19,999 nt of DNA from Ginkgo biloba (lineage: Eukaryota > Plantae > Ginkgophyta). The stretch spans positions 68,089,249-68,109,247 of the forward strand of contig JANKJI020000004.1 of NCBI GenBank assembly GCA_024626585.2, read 5' to 3'. Every line of letters begins with the position of its first letter. The first letter of the stretch is position 1. A model generated the notes under the pieces. That model ran no database searches and had not been told where the DNA came from. It saw only the letters and a list, made by a program, of their open reading frames with translations. Of the stretch, positions 13,001-19,999 are shown piece after piece. The translations under genes were made by a program, and so were the position numbers.

Positions 13001-16000
13001 AACAGTTCTTGTCTCCCCCTAACCATCTCTCCTTATCCAATTGATATTTCTGATGTCTACCTGGTTCTAGTTTCTCAAGGGAGTTTTCAAAAAGAAGCCT
13101 AATGTTTTGAATTTTTTTACCTTCTCTGAATCCCCTTTACATGGAGAACTTCTACATTTTCCTGTGGTTCTCTAAATATTGCTATCACTCTTGCAAATGT
13201 CAAAAACATGGGGCCATTTTCTTTACACTAGAATGCAAAATATAGCATTGGGCTGCCACTTCCCATTTGTTGAGTTGATAGTGGTCCAAATTGTTGTTTC
13301 TTTCTGATGCAGTTTTGTGTACGGCCTATTCTTTGATAGTTAAAGTCTATGCTGAAGGTAATTATGTTTGTAGTTGCAATCCACACAGATGCTATATCTA
13401 GTGTTTATGTTGTAGTCTTGTAGATAATATTTCATCAATAATATTTCAATACTGAGCGTGGGTTACAATGGAATTGGTGCAGCTCTGGAGAAACTGCTGA
13501 AAGATATTGCCGGAAAGTACTCAACTGGAGACCAAGTCAGTCTGGTGAGATCTCCTTTCCTTCCTATTACTTCCATAGACATTTATGGACCAAGTGTAAC
13601 GATTCACGAGGTAGAAACCAAGGAATTCTAGTAAACAAAAGTTTATTGATTGTCAAGCATGCAAGCAAATTACAAATATAGTTGTTGTAAATTCCAAACA
13701 TTTGGAATTGCTTCTTCAAAGAGATGATTAGAAATANNNNNNNNNNNNNNNNNNNNNNNNNNNNNNNNNNNNNNNNNNNNNNNNNNNNNNNNNNNNNNNN
13801 NNNNNNNNNNNNNNNNNNNNNNNNNNNNNNNNNNNNACATTTTGGATTGAATTGTAGTTGTATTGTGGAGTGCTATACTTAGTTGAGTATTTTTAACATA
13901 CTGTTGGAGGATGTTGAACCCAAAAAGAGATGTCTTATTGGGTCTATTTTCTACTTTTGAGCACCCATATCTTCCCTACAGACAAAGTTGTCTCAGTTTG
14001 AGGGGTTTATTTAGACTAAGATCATTTTTGGAGGTTGTTAAGGACCCCAATAGGTGACACAGGGTTTCTAACAGGCCTACACTACATTTATGGACATTAT
14101 AGAACCCAAATTAGGGTTTTTGAGCTTAGCACTGCATTCTGGGCAGTGGGAGTGAGATGTTTTGCACTCTAGAGCATTTTTGCATCTTTGGCTAGAGCAC
14201 TTCATCTGGATAAGTTTGCAGATTTATAAATATTCTTTAGCCCTAACTTTTTCTGTAGCCTTCAGGTAAATTACATTTAATTGGTTTTGTTGTCTGTATA
14301 AATTCTCATAAACAATACGAGTCTAAAATTTGAAATTTGTTTAGATAAATTATTGTAAATTGTTTAAAACTTGAGAAACGGAAAGCAACTTATATAGAGT
14401 AGGGTGACTCCAATTTGGGGGCCTAATTGTTGCATTTATGTGTATTTAATGCTTCTATAATGACAGATAATGGTAATGAATACAAGAAATAATTCCTTTA
14501 ATGAATATGTAGACTTTTTCCCTACTTGATCGCATAAAACCTAGAGATTTGTCTAGGGTAGCATGGCATCAACTAGAAACTTGCTAGGGGATTGGCATGC
14601 TTGTTTAAAGGCACATAATATTCTTTAGAACATAATAAAGGTATGCCTTTTTAGAATATTCTTTTGCCCCAAGAGTGCATGTATTATGGGGTAATTGGCA
14701 GTGGTCATGGATACCTAGTGAGCGATGAGTTGGTGCTTAAGGATCTACCCTCTTTATCGATTCTATGGATTGTTGGTACATCTATAGGTTTTGTTGACTA
14801 CATAGGTACATTTCTGGTTTTAGGGTTGTTGGTGCAGCGATAGGGTTTGGTGAGCATACTAGAAATTAATANNNNNNNNNNNNNNNNNNNNNNNNNNNNN
14901 NNNNNNNNNNNNNNNNNNNNNNNNNNNNNNNNNNNNNNNNNNNNNNNNNNNNNNNNNNNNNNNNNNNNNNNGTTGTCAAATGCATTTTTTTGCTTTGTTT
15001 TAATTGTTGGTATAGATCACTCTATAGATTATTATGTCATTAGAGGATGGAAAATTTAACACAATATTATGGGGAGGCATGGGTGCATGTTTTTAAATAT
15101 GAGCTTTCTTGTGCATTGCTTCTACACTATTGCTAGAAGGTATTATAGAGTTGCTATACACTCCTAGGTGCTCTTATATTTTGGTGGGGGTGCACAAGGA
15201 AATGGTTTCAAGTGCATGCAAATGAGCTACTTGTTCCCAATACATATTGATAAAGGCCATGGGGTAGAGTTTTGTGTTTGTAGAGATAGTTTTGAATTCA
15301 GTTAGCCTATATATCATGAGTTATTGTGTTGGAAAATCAAAGTATAAACTAGAGGCACTTTATAAGTTGATACACTAATTTCTGTTTATGTTGCTAAAGG
15401 CTATTGATGGTAGTTTGCTCTTCTTGAAGATTGTGGTAAAACTTACACTCAAGATGGAGAAATCTAATTGATTAGTTTGCTGTCTATAACACTACAATTA
15501 GGACACAATAGCTTGATAAATGGATGACATGCCCATTCACCATTATGCTCTAAGGTTTGAACATAAGGCGAAAAGTCCCCTTGAAGGTGAGGTAGTGTTG
15601 ATTATGCAATGTTAGACATCTCCTTGAGAGTGAGGTAATGCATCACTTCATAAGTCCAAAAGGCTCCTTGCATGTGAGGCAATACAACTGATAAGGGGTC
15701 TTAAATGCCATATGTCCTTCATGTATGAAGCTCTCCCTTGTTGTGGATATGTCACGTCTGCTTCAAAAATTATTGAGAGATGTTTATTGCATTCACTTTC
15801 AAATCATTTGGCTTGAATATGGATGGTTTGATGGAACTATCATATGAAAAGATAAGCTTGCTTATGTTTTATTTTATGATAGAAATAGAAATAGAAATAT
15901 ATTAATGTCCACTAGTGACCAAAAAATGGTCAGTGGGACTAAGAATACAAACATGTGGTACAACTCCAAGGGAGTACTATCAACAACTTAAAGTCTAAAA

Positions 16001-18027
16001 GTAAGAAACTAGGAAATACAATAGAGTAAAATAAAATCATGGTAAAGAACTACCAAGTCTATAAATGTCACCAAGGTTTGTATAGTGCTATTGGCACTGA
16101 ATGGGTTTGTATGAGATAGAACTATAGATCATCCACAATTTTGAAATCTCCTAGGGCTTGTCGAATGATCTCCTTCATAGTTTCGTCATTGATAGGTCTT
16201 AGGTTAATGGGGTGTGTCTTCTTAGGTTGAAGAGGCCGACTATCGTGTGCCTTACTCAAGTCTATGTCTCTCCTACTATCCAAGGACACTATGTCTCTTC
16301 CAAAGAAGTTGTAGATAAGTCTCCCTCTACTGGGTCTCGGTCTTGGAGTCCTATAAGGAATCCTCTTGATGTTCCAAGTGGAGTGTCTCCTAATGCGCCA
16401 TTGTCATAGATTCACCCTTAACCCTGCAAGTCTGGTTAGTACTTGACATATAATTTATCATCAACCAACATTAGTACNNNNNNNNNNNNNNNNNNNNNNN
16501 NNNNNNNNNNNNNNNNNNNNNNNNNNNNNNNNNNNNNNNNNNNNNNNNNNNNNNNNNNNNNNNNNNNNNNNNNNNNNTTTGGGAAATGACTTTTCAGAAA
16601 TATTGTTATGGATCTCTTCTATTATATTGGCATTATTCTTCTATTATATCCGCATCAAATCCAATATATTTATGCCTCTATGATTATATCAACAATCTGT
16701 TATAATCTGGCACAACTCTTGTGTTGAGATTGGATCATTTTATCTTCAATTGCTTGGTGTATTATGAGTTGAGAAGCAGATGTTGGTGTCTTTCCCATCT
16801 AGTAAGTGGATTAGTCACTATGTGTGAGCACTAGATGTTTTTATCTCTTGTTGATGTTGGTGTCTGTTCCATGTAGTAAGTGGATTAGTCCCTATGCATG
16901 AGCACTAGATGTTTTAGCTCTCGTTGGTAAAGAGTTGTTCTTTTATAGAAAATACCTCTTGAGAAGAGAAACTTAGAGAACTAATGGTTCTTGCCATATC
17001 AATTCCTTTTTTCAGCCGCTTAATCTTGATTCTTGGCAAAAACGACCTACTGAACCTGATGGCATTCAAAGATTGACTAGGTATTGCCCTCTGACCAGAT
17101 CCATCCGGCAACAGACCCAAAGGCTGATGAGATATTATCCTTCCACCAGATCCATTACAAGACTGAGCCAGATTTCTAGTGGACTCAGGTGAGCTGCAAG
17201 ATCTGATTTAGGATTTATCACCTGATTTTTTGCTTCCTTTAGAGGATATTTGGTCTTGAATGGTAGGAGAGATGCTTCACTTGATGAATGGAATGACACT
17301 ACACATGTTGATCTATCCAGAAACTTCATCAGATTACCGCCCAAGTTTACACAACATGGATTCATATCTACAACAGCCTCACAATATGATATCCTTGTAC
17401 AGATATTGGGTGACTTCATAATTTTAGATGAGAATGGACATGACTTACAAATTTCAAGCACTTTTTTTTTTTGGNNNNNNNNNNNNNNNNNNNNNNNNNN
17501 NNNNNNNNNNNNTTATCGCTTCACCATTGTTCTGCATTGGATCTAGATCCCTTTAACATTAAACTTTTTTGAAGATGCCTTGTGTATCAACCAGACATAT
17601 GTATTGTACATGATATAATTTTTTAAACAAATTGACTGTTCCTAGTCATCTGTTGACATTAATATGATTTGTCTCTTTCCTTTCCTTTTGATGTGTGTGC
17701 TTGAAAACACATTTACATGGACTTCCCCTACAATAATAGTGACATGGGATGAAGAATAAACAGAAAATAAGAATGAAGAGAAGTATGCATTGAAACCATC
17801 TACATCCAACAGGTTACACATTTTCCCATAACTTAGCTTTCACGGGGATGCACATACTGTACTTTCAGTAACTAAGACAACATATAATTGTATTAGTGAT
17901 CAGATTGTTCTGCATTTTCCTTTTCATGGAAGTATTAACTGACAGGAGCTGAGCACATTTTCTACAGGCGGATGTTTTTCTTGTCCCACAAGTTTCGGGT
18001 GGAGCTGGACGATTCAATGTTGACATG
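3943..18027 (+). CDS. GSTZ: Zeta-class glutathione S-transferase (GSTZ / maleylacetoacetate isomerase), partial multi-exon gene; visible exons 3943-4042, 4227-4283, 13483-13544, 17968-18027
   Basis: Four AG/GT-bounded exons translate by hand to GSTZ segments in the correct order and with compatible phases: [22 protein letters not shown] / [19 protein letters not shown] / [21 protein letters not shown] / [20 protein letters not shown]. The start exon, central exons and terminal exon were not found. Confidence 0.93.
4227..4283 (+). CDS. GSTZ: GSTZ exon (57 nt, phase 1 to 1): (G)[18 protein letters not shown]
   Basis: Acceptor ttgcAG at 4225-4226 and donor GTaggt at 4284. A 184-nt intron (4043-4226) joins it in frame to the previous exon. 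Matches the GSTZ GLxYEYxxVNLxKGEQF motif. Confidence 0.95.
6182..6720 (-). mobile_element. Highly degenerate L1-type LINE reverse transcriptase fragment
   Basis: The minus strand gives, in order: [17 protein letters not shown] (resembling QGDPLSPFLF..EVLxR), [17 protein letters not shown] (resembling HQQFADDTxLF, with the catalytic DD lost), and [10 protein letters not shown] (resembling LP..YLGxPL). Judged by eye only. Confidence 0.4.
8150..8500 (-). mobile_element. Possible decayed LINE-associated RNase H fragment
   Basis: Minus-strand APKG*VEI...AGMETIIRT resembles PPxGWxKxN...AGxGxIIRD. The similarity is weak. Confidence 0.25.
9560..9950 (-). mobile_element. Possible decayed plant LINE ORF1 (DUF4283-like) fragment
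   Basis: Minus-strand [26 protein letters not shown] resembles G.F..F...D..RVL..GPW, and a downstream [11 protein letters not shown] resembles ARICVEIDL. The similarity is weak. Confidence 0.25.
10168..12330. mobile_element. Probable non-coding LTR-retrotransposon sequence (LTR/UTR-like), interrupted by a gap
   Basis: A locally CpG-richer block (10200-10760), repeated aaaccct(a)a motifs, cctatatata and aaacggtcataacttt are all typical of plant gypsy LTR regions. No coding signal. The support is compositional only. Confidence 0.3.
13483..13544 (+). CDS. GSTZ: GSTZ exon (62 nt, phase 1 to 0): (A)[20 protein letters not shown]
   Basis: Acceptor tgcAG at 13481-13482 and donor GTgaga at 13545. 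Matches the plant GSTZ segment ALEKLLxxxAGKYATGDEVxL. Confidence 0.93.
13595..13736 (-). mobile_element. Putative LTR 3' terminus (U5) on the minus strand, 50 nt downstream of a GSTZ donor site
   Basis: The reverse complement reads ttgtaatttg...aatcAATAAActtttg...gaatcGTTACA, which is a poly(A)-signal-like motif followed by a canonical ..ACA LTR end. It is truncated by the gap at 13737. Confidence 0.35.
13837..14400 (+). mobile_element. Third gypsy chromodomain relic (about 13837-14035) followed by a putative LTR start TGTTAAGGACCCC at 14036
   Basis: Decayed ILD*IVV..VEYF..WRML..EMSYW..EHPYL resembles ILD.R..EYLIKWKNLP.EDATWE..QHP.L. It is followed by a gypsy-like LTR start and tagggtttt/gccctaa motifs. 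The 3' boundary is uncertain. Confidence 0.45.
16779..16925 (+). repeat. Tandem duplication, two copies of about 74 bp (16779-16852 and 16853-16925)
   Basis: gatgttggtgtct..catNtagtaagtggattagtcNctatg..tgagcactagatgtttt is repeated head to tail. Hand alignment gives about 8 mismatches plus 1 indel. Confidence 0.92.
17968..18027 (+). CDS. GSTZ: GSTZ exon (60 nt, phase 0 to 0): [20 protein letters not shown]
   Basis: Acceptor ttttctacAG at 17966-17967 and donor GTaata at 18028. Matches ADxFLxPQ...RFNxDM and follows the 13483-13544 exon in frame. Confidence 0.93.
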
Positions 18028-19616
18028 GTAATAATGGCCTTTCCTGACTTCAGTAGGGATGTTTCCATCAACCTAATTTTGAAGTCTACCCACACAATCT
18101 GCATGGTCTTAAATTTTATGTTAATTTGGTGTTGGTATTAAATTAATCTCTCTGACCTAGCCAGAGAATTTCCATCAGTTAAATCAAGTATGGTGAGAAT
18201 TTCCATCCGTTATGTATGGAACCCATTCCCATGTAAACCTATTTGAAATTAAGGAGTTTATTGCCCTTATTTTTTCTCTTTCATGTTGGATGTGTTTATT
18301 CTAGTATGCATAGGATNNNNNNNNNNACATGTTATAACTTCAAAAATGTGTGAACCTTTTTTCTGGTTAATGTTTACCAACCTTGAAGTTTCATATGATT
18401 ATGATGAGGGGATGGCTTAACAGCTGCTTGTGAGTCCCCTTCTGTAAGTGAAGAGGACCGGTTGACAATCTTGATTTCTCTGCTTATTAAATTACAAATA
18501 GACACAATGATTTGCAAATGTACATGGATTTCATAATCTCAAAATTAGCACTCATAGGATGACTCATGCCATCCAAGAGTTTGCAGGATTATCGTATTTC
18601 TAGTCATGCAGACTATCTGTATAAAGCATCATGAACTCTGCGGAAATCAACACAATTTCTCACAGATTTCAGAACACAAATACAAGAGGCTTGCTTCACT
18701 GCCATAATTAAAACCCCCAGGAGGACTCCTCATGCTTGAGCATAAAGGCTAAGAAGAAGTATGTTCTNNNNNNNNNNNNNNNNNNNNNNNNNNNNNNNNN
18801 NNNNNNNNNNNNNNNNNNNNNNNNNNNNNNNNNNNNNNNNNNNNNNNNNNNNNNNNNNNNNNNNNNNNNNNNNNNNNNNNNNNNNNNNNNNNNNNNNNNN
18901 NNNNNNNNGGATTACTTTTGATTTCATCCTTCACTTTTCCCAAATTTCGATTTGGATATCCGTAATATTTATTACATCTCCTGGTCCAAAAATTATGAAA
19001 ATGAAGAGAATGATTAATGATGTAAGTTGGGCCTACTGAGCTTATAACAATGTTGATCTGAATTATGACTTAATTCTCCTACACCTATGTTAATTAAAAT
19101 TGACTAGGATCATATAATTGCCCCCGAGAATAAATGATGGTCTCCAAGCATAAGGCACAAGTTGTGTTTGTTGAAAGTGACATAAACACAATTGTTTATG
19201 AGCGAGACTTTTATTGTTTAGTTATGTCATTTGTTATTATTGATAAGTAATAACTTAGGAATTTGATGTTTGGAATCAAAAGGCAATCTACAAACATTGT
19301 AATCATAGAAGCCTCAACGAGTATTAGGGGCCTATGACCTTGTGATTCACCATCAAGATTTCTATCATGTTTTGGGGTAACTACTATTGTGTGATCTCTT
19401 ACTTCAATTTCANNNNNNNNNNNNNNNNNNNNNNNTACATAGAAATGGATTGTGGGTGAGATTATCGTTTCGTGAAGTATCCACTTACATATGCTCTGTC
19501 CACGGCCATCAAGCCAAGAACAATACTCTATGTTTCTCTCATTCATAAGCAGAATGAGCAGATTATATAACAATTACACAAGCAACACATGACAAGAGAT
19601 ATGTAGTGAGGAGCTT

Positions 19617-19762
19617 TCAAGTCCATAACCTAGACTCATCTCTATTTGATATTCTTGAATGAATAAAACAAGTAGGTTAAGACCTTGTGACCTCTCACAT
19701 AATCAAGTCCATAACCTAGACTTGTCTCTCATAGAGATTCTTTGCTTCCAACTCTCACATAA
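19617..19762 (+). repeat. Short direct repeats: tcaagtccataacctagact at 19617-19636 and 19703-19722; ctctcacataa at 19692-19702 and 19752-19762
   Basis: Exact 20-bp and 11-bp repeats read directly from the sequence. The context looks LTR-like, which is an inference. Confidence 0.8.
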
Positions 19763-19999
19763 CATGGTTAGTTGTGCTGATTAGACACTATGTGCGACCT
19801 CGAACAACTCCTCTTTCAATTGCAACCCGTTCATTATAACATTAAATAAGTACAACTCCTCTAATGCATTTTGACCTTAGATTATGTCAAACTTGTTTTC
19901 CTATGACATTAAGCAACCATTGCCTAATGCATAAACATAGTATTGATTATGATGTCCATGTTGTCTTAGTGTGCACTTTTGCTGCATACATCTATCTGA

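Noticed and set aside
15230-15590. Possible gypsy integrase core (RWRNLID*FAVYNTT..CPF)
   Set aside because: The similarity to KW..L..AEFAYN..TPF is too faint to assert without an HMM search.
15907-15939. Imperfect hairpin gtccactagtgacca-aaaaa-tggtcagtgggac, plus small palindromes near 5287 and 7032
   Set aside because: Too short for a MITE or pre-miRNA call, no TSD was seen, and such hairpins are expected by chance.
18161-18200. Candidate final GSTZ exon (EFP..) after 18027
   Set aside because: No phase-0 acceptor gives the FPxL...LPxF...PExQPD pattern. The site is just a short gagaattt(t)ccatc repeat.
377-19573. Supplied ORF track entries as standalone genes
   Set aside because: They are short, many run through N-gaps or are antisense to exons or TE relics. 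Only 4217-4456 contains a real exon in frame.
16779-19762. Direct repeats as a CRISPR-like array
   Set aside because: Each repeat has only two copies, there are no regular spacers or cas genes, and the context is a eukaryotic intron.

Overview
This is AT-rich eukaryotic (land-plant) nuclear DNA from a fragmented scaffold with 17 N-gaps, nine of them exactly 100 N. The very long, TE-filled introns look gymnosperm-like, which is an inference. The window holds part of a + strand zeta-class glutathione S-transferase (GSTZ / maleylacetoacetate isomerase) gene. Four GT-AG-bounded coding exons are visible: 3943-4042 (with the SSC active-site motif), 4227-4283, 13483-13544 and 17968-18027. The ATG exon, about four central exons and the last exon are not visible; they probably lie in gaps or outside the window. 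The remainder is intronic and carries decayed transposons. These include a hAT (DUF659-type) transposase relic at 1-1315 and three Ty3/gypsy integrase C-terminal/chromodomain relics, two of them followed by PPT/LTR-like sequence. There are also faint L1-LINE relics and short direct repeats. Almost all ORFs in the supplied track are spurious. I see no convincing novel biological system. The most testable oddities are the phase-symmetric absence of the central GSTZ exons and an unexplained antisense coding-like segment at 16914-17461.
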